Part shown: positions 36,186 through 45,418 of the stretch, piece by piece
Position numbering within the stretch: position 1 is the first letter of the stretch
Layout of the letters: each line of letters opens with the position of its first letter
DNA from: Clostridia bacterium
Lineage (GTDB): Bacteria > Bacillota > Clostridia > RUG12999
DNA: 57,244 nucleotides
Reading direction: 5' to 3'
NCBI GenBank assembly: GCA_045580815.1
Contig: JAZNOL010000014.1
Location: forward strand, 1-57,244
Translations under genes and position numbers: made by a program
Notes under the pieces: model-generated
Told to the model about the DNA's origin: nothing
Databases searched by the model: none
What the model saw: only the letters and a program-made list of their open reading frames with translations

Positions 36186-37268
36186 TCAATATTTTGTTGT
36201 GTTTGATGAAAGATACTTTTTAACCATCATTGCCACTTTAAATGTAACTGCCTGGTCAAATTCTCTCAAGTCAAGACCTGTAATTTTTTCAATTTTATCA
36301 AGTCGGTAAACAAGAGTATTTCTGTGAACAAACAGTTCACGTGCAGTTTCAGATACATTAAGATTGTGTTTGAAAAATTTCTGTATTGTGAGTATAGTTT
36401 CTTGATCAAGAACATCAATAGATTCTTTTCTGAACACTTCAGCAAGGAAAAGTTCGCACAACGTTGTCGGCAACTGATAAATAAGTCTGCCAATACCAAG
36501 GCTCTCATAATTAATAATCTGTTTTTCAGTATCAAAAACTTTGCCCACATCAAGAGCAACCTGGGCGTCTTTGTAACTCATTGCAAGGTCACGTATGTTG
36601 GAGCTTGCACTACCTATACCTATATATGCTTTAACAAGTGCTTCTGTATAAAGAGTGTCCGCAATTGACTTTGCTGTTTTTTCAAGTTCTTTTGCATCAA
36701 CATCGTTACGTACCTCTTTAACAAGAGCAATATATTTTTCATCTATATTTATAATAAAGTTTTTACCCTTTTCTGGGAACATATTCTGTAATATATCATA
36801 AATAGAGAAATTGCTGGTGTTAACTGTTTCCACAAGGAATACAACACGGTTAACATCAACAGCCAGATGAAGTTCTTTTGCTTTGATAAGAATATCACCC
36901 GGAAGAATGTTGTCCATAAGAATGCTTTTTACGAGGTTATTTTTGTCATACTTTTCATCATGCAACAGTTTTATATTTGAAAGTGCTATTGCAAGCACAC
37001 TGCAACATGTACGGGATGTTTCATCAACACCCTCGCAGAAAGTAATAAAATCAAGTTTGTTTCTGTTGCCTACCGGTTTGTATGTATATCCGTTATAAGA
37101 ATAGAAAGCTGCCGGATCTGCATACTTCTCTAAAATGTGCTCCACCGTTGCAGCATCAAGAATGCCATAGGTGCAAGCTGTTACATTGCCGGTTGTGTCA
37201 ATAACACCGAGCTTTCTGTTATACAAATCTTTAAGCTGAAGAATAACGTTCTGGTATATTCTGCTCAT
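36186..37268 (-). CDS. CdaR/PucR-family transcriptional regulator
   Basis: C-terminal HTH NLNVSETARELFVHRNTLVYRLDKIEKITGLDL, with Y..LGIGRLIY; usual Clostridia position upstream of ftsEX. Confidence 0.9.
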   Translation of the reverse strand: MSRIYQNVILQLKDLYNRKLGVIDTTGNVTACTYGILDAATVEHILEKYADPAAFYSYNGYTYKPVGNRNKLDFITFCEGVDETSRTCCSVLAIALSNIKLLHDEKYDKNNLVKSILMDNILPGDILIKAKELHLAVDVNRVVFLVETVNTSNFSIYDILQNMFPEKGKNFIINIDEKYIALVKEVRNDVDAKELEKTAKSIADTLYTEALVKAYIGIGSASSNIRDLAMSYKDAQVALDVGKVFDTEKQIINYESLGIGRLIYQLPTTLCELFLAEVFRKESIDVLDQETILTIQKFFKHNLNVSETARELFVHRNTLVYRLDKIEKITGLDLREFDQAVTFKVAMMVKKYLSSNTTKY

Positions 37269-37433
37269 TTTGAAACCTCCTAAAATGTTCCTTTTTTATC
37301 TTTTGAAAAATACTCACATATATATAATAATATAAAATTTGAAATTTTGCAAGTGTTTTTTATAAATTTTTTACAAAAATTTAAAATTTTCTTGATTTTT
37401 TTTATTTTTACAGTAAAAATTTTCATAAATCCC

Positions 37434-37463
37434 TTTACTTTTTATATAAGAATGTGGTACAAT
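37434..37463 (+). promoter_or_regulatory. Putative sigmaA promoter for the hypothetical-pncB unit
   Basis: TTTACT-18 nt-TACAAT with extended TG. Confidence 0.45.
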
Positions 37464-37514
37464 ATAAAGAGTATAATAAAAATAGAAAGATAAATTTCAG
37501 GAGGTTTGCTAAAA

Positions 37515-37808
37515 ATGGCTGCAAAAAAAGAAAATGAGTTTAAACTGACCTATAAAGATAAACCTATGATGCGTCGTGGGGATAAAATCTATTACGGTGA
37601 CCTTTCCAAACAGTATTATGTGGAATTTACCGTGTTGTCAACAGAAAAATCAGGAGATCTTGATATTGCAACAAATGTGCTGGTAGAACTTAAGTACACA
37701 AGCAATTTCGGCAAGGACAAAAATATAAAAAAGGCTGAAAGAGAAAATCTTTATAAAGCGCTTGATATTGGAGAATACTGGCTCAGTGAGGCTTTGGATG
37801 AGCTTTAA
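37515..37808 (+). CDS. Hypothetical 97-aa protein
   Basis: AGGAGG RBS 10 nt before ATG 37515; compact soluble protein directly upstream of pncB. Confidence 0.75.
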   Translation: MAAKKENEFKLTYKDKPMMRRGDKIYYGDLSKQYYVEFTVLSTEKSGDLDIATNVLVELKYTSNFGKDKNIKKAERENLYKALDIGEYWLSEALDEL

Positions 37809-37825
37809 ACCGGAGATGATTTATT

Positions 37826-39268
37826 ATGCTTAGAAGTGACCAGCTTGCAACTCTGTCCGATTTTTATGAATTCACAATGGCTGATGGTTTTATCAGTGCA
37901 GGAAAACAAGATGAAATCTGTTATTTTGACCTATATTTCCGCAGTGTTCCCGACGGTGGTGGTTTTGTTATTGCCGCAGGATTAGACAGTGTTGTAGATT
38001 ATATCAAAAATTTAAAATTTACAGACAGCGACATTGAATATTTTAAAAACACCAATAAATTCAGTGATGAGTTTATTGATTATCTTAAAAACTTCAATTT
38101 CTGCTGTGACGTATGGGCTGTTCCGGAAGGAACACCGGTTTTCCCCGGCGCACCGCTTGTTATTGTAAGAGGTCCGGCAATTCAGGCACAGATTATGGAA
38201 ACCATGCTTCTTTTATGCATTAATCACCAGAGTCTTATTGCCACAAAAGCAAACAGAATTGTCCGTGCGGCAAAAGGCAGACCGGTTATGGAATTCGGTG
38301 CACGCCGTGCACAGGGTTTTAGTGCTGCTGTTTTAGGAACGCGTGCGGCATATATAGGAGGGTGTAGTTCTACATCATGCACCATAGCAGATAAAGAATA
38401 CGGTATTCCTGCATCAGGAACAATGGCTCATAGCTGGGTAAGTCTTTTTGACAGCGAATATGAAGCATTTAAGGCTTATGCTCTTAAATACCCCGACAGT
38501 TGCCTGTTGCTTATAGACACCTATAATGTTCTTAAAAGCGGACTTCCCAATGCTATAAAGGTTTTTGACGAGGTGTTAAAGCCGATGGGTAAACGTCCTG
38601 TCGGCATCCGTATTGACAGCGGAGATATAACATATCTTACAAAGAAAGTTCGCCAAAGGCTCGATAATGCCGGTTACAGCGACTGTAAAATTGTTATTTC
38701 AAACTCTCTGGATGAGCATATTATTCACGATATAATCATGCAAGGGGCTGTTGTTGATTCTTTTGGTGTAGGAGAACGCCTTATCACATCAAAATCCTCC
38801 CCTGTTCTCGGTGGAGTTTATAAACTTACCGGCGTTGAAAAAAACGGCGAAATTATTCCTAAAATAAAATTGAGCGAAAACGTAGCAAAAATCACAACCC
38901 CGTGTTTCAAGCAGGTTTATCGTTTATATTCAAAAGATAATAATATGGCCATTGCCGATGTTATCACTTTACATGACGAAACAATTGATGATTCACAGCC
39001 CTATGAAATTTTCGACCCCGAATACACATGGAAACGCAAAAACGTTACCGATTTTTATGCACGTCCCCTGCTTGTCAAAATTTTTGATAAAGGGCAATGT
39101 GTATACAAGTTGCCTGATGTACAAGATATCAAAGCCTATTGCAAACAGCAGGTAGACACCATATGGGACGAAGTAAAGCGTTTTGAAAATCCACATAAAT
39201 ATTATGTTGATTTATCTCAGAAATTATGGGATATAAAACATAATATGTTGGCAGAATACTCAAAATAA
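37826..39268 (+). CDS. pncB: Nicotinate phosphoribosyltransferase
   Basis: DFYEFTM, LYFR..P..GGF, EFGARRAQG, GTMAHSWV, LIDTY, GIRIDSGD, SNSLDE, FGVGE.LIT, GGVYKL. Confidence 0.96.
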   Translation: MLRSDQLATLSDFYEFTMADGFISAGKQDEICYFDLYFRSVPDGGGFVIAAGLDSVVDYIKNLKFTDSDIEYFKNTNKFSDEFIDYLKNFNFCCDVWAVPEGTPVFPGAPLVIVRGPAIQAQIMETMLLLCINHQSLIATKANRIVRAAKGRPVMEFGARRAQGFSAAVLGTRAAYIGGCSSTSCTIADKEYGIPASGTMAHSWVSLFDSEYEAFKAYALKYPDSCLLLIDTYNVLKSGLPNAIKVFDEVLKPMGKRPVGIRIDSGDITYLTKKVRQRLDNAGYSDCKIVISNSLDEHIIHDIIMQGAVVDSFGVGERLITSKSSPVLGGVYKLTGVEKNGEIIPKIKLSENVAKITTPCFKQVYRLYSKDNNMAIADVITLHDETIDDSQPYEIFDPEYTWKRKNVTDFYARPLLVKIFDKGQCVYKLPDVQDIKAYCKQQVDTIWDEVKRFENPHKYYVDLSQKLWDIKHNMLAEYSK

Positions 39269-39338
39269 TATCACATCATCTGGTGATTTCACTTATTATG
39301 CATCCCAATATATTGTAAAAACGAAAGGAATATTTAAT

Positions 39339-40040
39339 ATGAAAAAATTTATAACCATTATCACCCTGATTGCACTTTGTTTGGCTTGCTGTGGTTGTAA
39401 TTCAAACGAAACCACAAACAATACAAATTTTACCACAAGTGAAACAACACAGGATTCTTCCGTAAACACAACAAAAGAAGAGTCTGTTACCGAAAATCTC
39501 AATACAAAACCGGAAACCGACAGTGACGATACCGACACATATGGTGAAGTTACAATCGAAATGGAAAGCGGCGATATAATCACAATAGGATTATACCCTC
39601 AATACGCACCTAAAACAGTTGAAAATTTTGTAAAACTCGTAAACGAAGGTTTTTACGATGGACTTATTTTCCACCGTGTAATTGAAAACTTTATGATTCA
39701 GGGCGGCGACCCCACCGGCACAGGCATGGGTGGCAGTGACAAAAATATTGTCGGAGAATTTAAAGCCAACGGTTTTGCACAAAACACTATTTCTCACACA
39801 CGTGGTGTAATTTCTATGGCACGTTCACAGTCTTTTGATTCTGCAAGCAGCCAATTCTTTATTGTGCATGCAGACTCAACATATCTTGATGGTCAGTATG
39901 CAGCATTTGGTAAAGTTCTCAGCGGAATGGAAACCGTTGATAAAATTGCTTCTGTTCAAACCAATGCAAACGACAAACCTTTAACTGATGTTGTTATGAA
40001 AAAAGTTACAATCACCAAAGAACTTAATTACAATAACTAA
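39339..40040 (+). CDS. Cyclophilin-type peptidyl-prolyl isomerase, lipoprotein
   Basis: Lipobox LAC-C, T/N/S/E-rich linker, APKTVENF, FHRVI..FMIQGGDP, H.RGVISMAR, SQFFI, LDGQYAAFG.V. Confidence 0.92.
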   Translation: MKKFITIITLIALCLACCGCNSNETTNNTNFTTSETTQDSSVNTTKEESVTENLNTKPETDSDDTDTYGEVTIEMESGDIITIGLYPQYAPKTVENFVKLVNEGFYDGLIFHRVIENFMIQGGDPTGTGMGGSDKNIVGEFKANGFAQNTISHTRGVISMARSQSFDSASSQFFIVHADSTYLDGQYAAFGKVLSGMETVDKIASVQTNANDKPLTDVVMKKVTITKELNYNN

Positions 40041-40059
40041 AAAGCGAGGACATTAATAT

Positions 40060-40545
40060 ATGGAAAACGTAAAAATTTTAATTGAAATGGCTGACGGCGA
40101 CACAATGACCGCCGAGCTTTATCCCGAAGTTGCACCCAAAACAGTTGAAAATTTTGTTGGTCTTATCAATAAAGGCTTTTATGACGGAATAATTTTTCAC
40201 CGTGTAATTGAAGGTTTTATGATTCAGGGTGGCGACCCCACCGGCACAGGTATGGGCGGCAGCGGTGAAAACATTGAAGGTGAATTCAAATCAAACGGAC
40301 ATCCTGAAAACACTCTTAAACACTTGAGAGGTGTTCTTTCAATGGCAAGAGCTATGAGTCCCAATTCTGCAAGCAGTCAGTTCTTTATCATGCACAAAGA
40401 TGCCCCCCATCTTGACGGTCAGTATGCAGCTTTTGGCAAGATTATCGAAGGCATTGAAGTGGTTGACAAAATTGCAACTGTACAGACAGACATGCGTGAC
40501 AAGCCTTTAAATGACGTTGTTATCAAAACAATGAAAGTTCTTTAA
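40060..40545 (+). CDS. ppiB: Cytoplasmic cyclophilin-type peptidyl-prolyl isomerase
   Basis: APKTVENF, FHRVIEGFMIQGGDP, HLRGVLSMAR, SQFFI, HLDGQYAAFG. Confidence 0.95.
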   Translation: MENVKILIEMADGDTMTAELYPEVAPKTVENFVGLINKGFYDGIIFHRVIEGFMIQGGDPTGTGMGGSGENIEGEFKSNGHPENTLKHLRGVLSMARAMSPNSASSQFFIMHKDAPHLDGQYAAFGKIIEGIEVVDKIATVQTDMRDKPLNDVVIKTMKVL

Positions 40546-40558
40546 TTTAAAATTTATC

Positions 40559-40582
40559 AGGGCGATGAAACAGCATCGCCCT
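40559..40582 (+). terminator. GC-rich stem-loop after ppiB (possible weak terminator)
   Basis: AGGGCGATG-AAACAG-CATCGCCCT; poor U tract. Confidence 0.5.
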
Positions 40583-40618
40583 TACATATGAAATACACTA
40601 CACGGAAGGTGATTTAAC

Positions 40619-42004
40619 ATGGCTAAACTCTGGGGCGGCAGATTTCAGAAATCAACCGATAAAAAAGTTGACGATTTCAATTCTTCAATACGCTTTGACA
40701 GCCGTATGTACAAACAGGATATAGAAGGTAGTATCGCACACGCAACAATGCTGGGAAAACAGGGTATCATTGAAGAAAAAGATGCAGAAACTATTGTCTG
40801 CGGATTAAAAGAAGTTCTTGCTGACATTGAAAACGGCAATGCACAGTTTGAAATTGATGCAGAAGATATTCACATGAACGTTGAAAAACTTCTTACCGAA
40901 AAAATAGGCGATGCCGGCAAACGACTTCATACCGCACGAAGCAGAAACGATCAGGTTGCTCTTGACATACGTATGTATCTGCGTGGCGAATCGGAAGAAA
41001 TTCTTGCAATGCTCAAAAATCTTCTTGAATGTATTCTTGACATTGCTAAAAACAATCTTGAAACAGTTATGCCCGGATACACACATCTTCAAAAAGCACA
41101 GCCAATCACTCTCGCTCATCATATGATGGCGTATTTTGAAATGCTTCGTCGCGACTGCACAAGAATTTATGATGCAAAAAACCGCATGAACAGTTTGCCA
41201 CTCGGCAGTGGTGCTCTCGCTGCAACAACATACCCTCTTGACAGACAGTTTGTTGCAGAAAAACTTGGGTTTGATTCAATAACACCCAACAGTCTTGATG
41301 CTGTAAGTGACCGAGATTTTGTAATTGAGCTTGCAAGTGCATTTTCTATTGTTATGATGCATTTAAGCAGATTTTCGGAAGAACTGATTTTGTGGAGCAC
41401 AAACGAATTTGCATTTGTGGAAATGGATGATGCATTTTCCACAGGCAGTTCTATAATGCCACAGAAGAAAAACCCTGATGTTGCAGAGCTTATACGCGGT
41501 AAAACAGGACGTGTTTACGGCAATTTAATGTCAATATTAACCGTTATGAAAGGCATTCCTCTTGCATATAACAAAGATATGCAGGAAGACAAAGAAGGCA
41601 TTTTTGATTCTGTTGATACACTCAAAATGTGTCTGCCTGTTTTCTGTGATATGATTAAAACTATGAAAATCAACAAAGAAAACATGCGTAAAGGTGCCGG
41701 CGGCGGATTCACTAATGCTACCGATGCGGCTGATTATCTTGTAAAAAAAGGACTTCCTTTCAGAAGTGCTCACGAGGTTATTGGAAAGATTGTATTTTAC
41801 TGCGTTAGCCTCAACAAATCTCTTGAAGAAATGTCTCTTGAAGAATACAAACAGTTTTCAGATATTTTTGAAGAAGATATTTACGAGGCAATTAACCTTG
41901 AAAACTGCGTTTCGCTACGTAAAGTTCCCGGCGGACCGGCAAAAGAAATGGTTGAAAATCATATAACTTCAGGTCAAAACTGGCTAAATGATTTTTTTAA
42001 CTAA
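40619..42004 (+). CDS. argH: Argininosuccinate lyase
   Basis: [42 protein letters not shown]-like [40 protein letters not shown]. Confidence 0.98.
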   Translation: MAKLWGGRFQKSTDKKVDDFNSSIRFDSRMYKQDIEGSIAHATMLGKQGIIEEKDAETIVCGLKEVLADIENGNAQFEIDAEDIHMNVEKLLTEKIGDAGKRLHTARSRNDQVALDIRMYLRGESEEILAMLKNLLECILDIAKNNLETVMPGYTHLQKAQPITLAHHMMAYFEMLRRDCTRIYDAKNRMNSLPLGSGALAATTYPLDRQFVAEKLGFDSITPNSLDAVSDRDFVIELASAFSIVMMHLSRFSEELILWSTNEFAFVEMDDAFSTGSSIMPQKKNPDVAELIRGKTGRVYGNLMSILTVMKGIPLAYNKDMQEDKEGIFDSVDTLKMCLPVFCDMIKTMKINKENMRKGAGGGFTNATDAADYLVKKGLPFRSAHEVIGKIVFYCVSLNKSLEEMSLEEYKQFSDIFEEDIYEAINLENCVSLRKVPGGPAKEMVENHITSGQNWLNDFFN

Positions 42005-42011
42005 AAACCAA

Positions 42012-42049
42012 AAATAAAAAGACTGAATTAATTTTCAGTCTTTTTATTT
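42012..42049. terminator. Bidirectional terminator between argH and the response regulator
   Basis: AAATAAAAAGACTGAA-TTAATT-TTCAGTCTTTTTATTT. Confidence 0.85.
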
Positions 42050-42730
42050 ATTTGATTTTAAAATTTCAAATACTCCCATTTGAGATAAATCTTTAATAAG
42101 TACTTTTGTATTACTGTAGTTAAACTTTTTGAGAATTGATGTTATTTGTTTATTGATTGTATCACGCTCAACAAAACGTTCTTTTGCAATATCTTTTCTG
42201 CTCTTTCCGGCTGCCAGTAGCTTTAAAATTTCCAACTCTGTGTTTGTAAGAGTAGTTGTGATGTTTAGCATGTAGAGAAAACTTCCCTCTCTCCGTTTCA
42301 TCCTTGAAAATTCCCCAAATATTTTTTGCGCAATGTCCGGGCGCAACATTATTTTGTTGTTATAAACAGCACGAATAGAATTTTTAATTTCTTCAACATC
42401 AGATGTTTTTACAATATAATCAATTGCCCCGGCTATATATGATTTAAAAATCAAATCATCTTTTTCATGAATAGTAACAATAATTACCTTTACATCGGGA
42501 AATTGTTGTTTGATTTGTTCAGTTGCCCAAATGCCAGCTTCTCCACTTTCCATCTGAATATCCATAAGAACAACATCAGGGCGCATACTAGCGACTGTTT
42601 CTACACCCTCTTTTGCCGTAGCACAGGCACCGACACACTGCATATCATCCGTACTGTCAATAATATTCTGAAAATATTCACGTATTTGTTTCATATCATC
42701 ACAAATAATTACTTTAATTTTTTTCTTCAA
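42044..42730 (-). CDS. NarL/LuxR-family response regulator
   Basis: ICDD, PDVVLMDIQM (phospho-Asp), GA.DYIVK, C-terminal LT.TELEILKLLA.G.S.K.IA; TTG start after GGAGG. Confidence 0.93.
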   Translation of the reverse strand: MKKKIKVIICDDMKQIREYFQNIIDSTDDMQCVGACATAKEGVETVASMRPDVVLMDIQMESGEAGIWATEQIKQQFPDVKVIIVTIHEKDDLIFKSYIAGAIDYIVKTSDVEEIKNSIRAVYNNKIMLRPDIAQKIFGEFSRMKRREGSFLYMLNITTTLTNTELEILKLLAAGKSRKDIAKERFVERDTINKQITSILKKFNYSNTKVLIKDLSQMGVFEILKSNK

Positions 42731-42749
42731 AACTTTGTGCCTCCATACC

Positions 42750-44252
42750 TTAAAGTTTCATATCTGTTTCTTTCTCTGCTATTGGCAAAATAATTTCAAA
42801 CTTTGTATATTTTTCTTCTGCACTACGCACAGAAATAACTCCCATATGTGCATAAACAATATTATGCACGTAAGCTAAACCAACACCCCAGTTGGTTTGG
42901 GTATTTTTTGTACTGTTAAGCGGTTTAAAAATTTTTTTGTAATTCTTTTTAGGAATTCCGCAACCATTATCTGTTATATCAATACTAAGCCATCCTGCTT
43001 CGTGATAAACTTCAATGTCAATTTTCCCATTTGATATATTTTTCACTTTGATAGCTTCAAAGCTGTTAATAAGCAAATTATACAGAGCTTCTGTCATATA
43101 ATATTTATCTATAAACAATGTACTGCGATCTTCTTTTACTTTTATATCAAAATTTATAGTAATATTGCTTTGAGGAAGTCTGGATACAGCTTCATATATG
43201 CAGTCAACTACATTTACATATTCACAATTTATTTTGACATTGTTAAAAACATCCAGCATTTTCGCCAAATTTTTCATCGACTCTCCTGCTGTTTTTTCAA
43301 TCTGTAAAAATGTTGTTTTTGTTTCCTCTTCATTGGTATGATTAACACCCTTTCTAGAAGAAATAACAATTGAAAACAGCGTATTCTTATATGAATGTAA
43401 CACTCCGTATATATCTTTACTCACACTTCGTATACGTCTTCGTACATCCTTTGCATGTGCCATTTCATTTGTATATACAACATTAAATTTGAAAATAAAC
43501 ACTGTCAACACTATAATAAGTGCCAATATAATAACCGGCATAAAATAGCTGTAGTATCCGATGCTCTGTGCATATGTGGTCGCATTTTTAAGGAAGTCGT
43601 TACTGTAATTTGATAAGTTTTTAAAAGAACCAACCACAAAAAAGCCAAAATAAAATACATCTATAAGCAATAAAATTAACGAAAGTAAAATAACTTGCTT
43701 TTTATTATACGATATTTTAATTTTATTATATACAACGAAGCATCGTACAAGCGGAAATGCCATATATGAAATAAGCACCACAATGTTAAAATATGCAAAT
43801 ATATGTGATAAAAACAGATATATTGAATTTATTTTTTCAACATTGTTAGATGCAAGGTACATCATATATGTTGTTTCTGGATCATTAATCCATAAATAAA
43901 ACAGCATTGGGATTGCGCACAGCACAACAGAAATAGCATATTTTTTATCAATAGGTCCATAGATGCAGGCAAATACCGCCATGGAATACATAAATAACGC
44001 CGTTGCTACATTGAATATTCTTGATATATTATAGTAATTTATCTTAAGATGATATAAAAAAACAAGAAATTCTCGTTCTGCATATAAATTAGTGGGATAA
44101 TATGATAATTTACTAACATAACAGAGCATCGCAAAGCACATAAGAGCAAGTCCGGCAAATTGAAGTGCAAATGTCCATGCATATTTATTTCTGTACTTTT
44201 TAATTACAAGTAATGCCAAAAATATAATTATAACCGTTATCGCATATATCAA
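42750..44252 (-). CDS. Multi-TM sensor histidine kinase
   Basis: About 8 hydrophobic segments; H box LHSYKNTL; HATPase NLLINSFEA, DNGCGI, F.P..STK, WGVGL. Confidence 0.88.
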   Translation of the reverse strand: MIYAITVIIIFLALLVIKKYRNKYAWTFALQFAGLALMCFAMLCYVSKLSYYPTNLYAEREFLVFLYHLKINYYNISRIFNVATALFMYSMAVFACIYGPIDKKYAISVVLCAIPMLFYLWINDPETTYMMYLASNNVEKINSIYLFLSHIFAYFNIVVLISYMAFPLVRCFVVYNKIKISYNKKQVILLSLILLLIDVFYFGFFVVGSFKNLSNYSNDFLKNATTYAQSIGYYSYFMPVIILALIIVLTVFIFKFNVVYTNEMAHAKDVRRRIRSVSKDIYGVLHSYKNTLFSIVISSRKGVNHTNEEETKTTFLQIEKTAGESMKNLAKMLDVFNNVKINCEYVNVVDCIYEAVSRLPQSNITINFDIKVKEDRSTLFIDKYYMTEALYNLLINSFEAIKVKNISNGKIDIEVYHEAGWLSIDITDNGCGIPKKNYKKIFKPLNSTKNTQTNWGVGLAYVHNIVYAHMGVISVRSAEEKYTKFEIILPIAEKETDMKL

Positions 44253-44301
44253 TCAGCAACACATCCGTTTTTCTAATAAAATTTCTTGGTTTTTTAAATA
44301 T

Positions 44302-44337
44302 AAAGCACTTCACCCGCCGAAACAGCTGAAGTGCTTT
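44302..44337 (-). terminator. Stem-loop ending the secreted-protein cluster
   Basis: AAAGCACTTCA...TGAAGTGCTTT inverted repeat 6 nt after the 44344 stop. Confidence 0.7.
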
Positions 44338-44343
44338 TGTCTA

Positions 44344-45408
44344 TTATCTTAACAAATAAGTTTTAATAACCGGATTTTTTACATAATACGGTATTTCGGG
44401 TTTTTTACAGACAATTTCCTCTATCTCGCCCGGATTTACTGTAACCGATTGAGCATTTACCAAAGCAAGTCTGTCACCATCATAAAGAACAGCACATAAC
44501 GTTGCCGGAACATCATATTCTGAGTCATTAATTATCTGAACACTACAGTTATCTCCGTTATCGGTTATCTCCCCTATTGTTACAGAAAGATTGAATTTTA
44601 CCAAAAAATTATCTTCCAGGTCAAAAAATTTACAATTAACCTCTACCACTCCATCTGTTTTGCCTGTGTAGACAAGATTATTATTCTTATCTATATAAGC
44701 ACTTCCGGAAACAACTGTATTTTCAAACAAGTCGGTTGTCTGGATTTTTGAAGCTGTTCCAATAGCATCATAACCAATGACATTAATCTTGTTTAATGAA
44801 ACAGTTGATGTCTGTGACGATATATCATTTGCGTAAATAGACATAGGAAGAAGTCTTGCACTGTGATCATCATAATAAATCTTTGCAAGACCATCATCTG
44901 CTTTATACGTGTATCCGAAATTCATGGATATTGTAGTAGCATCGTAATCATTTGTGTTTACAATTTTCCAGTTTCTTACCCAGCCGTTTTCATCAGCTTC
45001 ATCCTGATTAAGAGTAGCTGTTTTTGCCGGTTGCACTTCGGCAATGTCGTTATAATACCATATGGATGCATGGGTAGAAGTGTCGTTATCTTTTTTAACA
45101 TAGCCTTCAAAAAGCAGTCTGTTATTTTTCAAACCGCTTGTGCTTACCTGAAACTGTTGTGTATATTGTTTTGTGTTTTTTGTAGGCGATTTTGTATCAA
45201 TGTAATATGAATAACCGCCTGTGTGTGATATATCGGTTGTTTTGCCTATGGTAAAGCCGCCATTATTATGGTTTGTAATATATGTTGCTGTCGAGCCTTC
45301 CATTGTCGCACTTTTGACAAGAGCACCATACTGATAATTTGCAGCAGAAACAGATACAGCAGAAAGTGCTGCAAATGCAACAAATAAACCCAAAATAATT
45401 TTTTTCAT
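44344..45408 (-). CDS. Secreted protein: CBM4/9-like jelly-roll plus C-terminal Ig-like module
   Basis: Signal peptide (..VSA); SHTGGYS, FEGYVK and YYDD..A pattern; C-terminal LYDGDRL...K.YL module. Confidence 0.6.
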   Translation of the reverse strand: MKKIILGLFVAFAALSAVSVSAANYQYGALVKSATMEGSTATYITNHNNGGFTIGKTTDISHTGGYSYYIDTKSPTKNTKQYTQQFQVSTSGLKNNRLLFEGYVKKDNDTSTHASIWYYNDIAEVQPAKTATLNQDEADENGWVRNWKIVNTNDYDATTISMNFGYTYKADDGLAKIYYDDHSARLLPMSIYANDISSQTSTVSLNKINVIGYDAIGTASKIQTTDLFENTVVSGSAYIDKNNNLVYTGKTDGVVEVNCKFFDLEDNFLVKFNLSVTIGEITDNGDNCSVQIINDSEYDVPATLCAVLYDGDRLALVNAQSVTVNPGEIEEIVCKKPEIPYYVKNPVIKTYLLR

Positions 45409-45418
45409 TTCAGCACCC

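Noticed and set aside
40583-40618. ArgR (ARG) box upstream of argH
   Set aside because: No convincing match to the TGAATAnnnATTCA-type palindrome.
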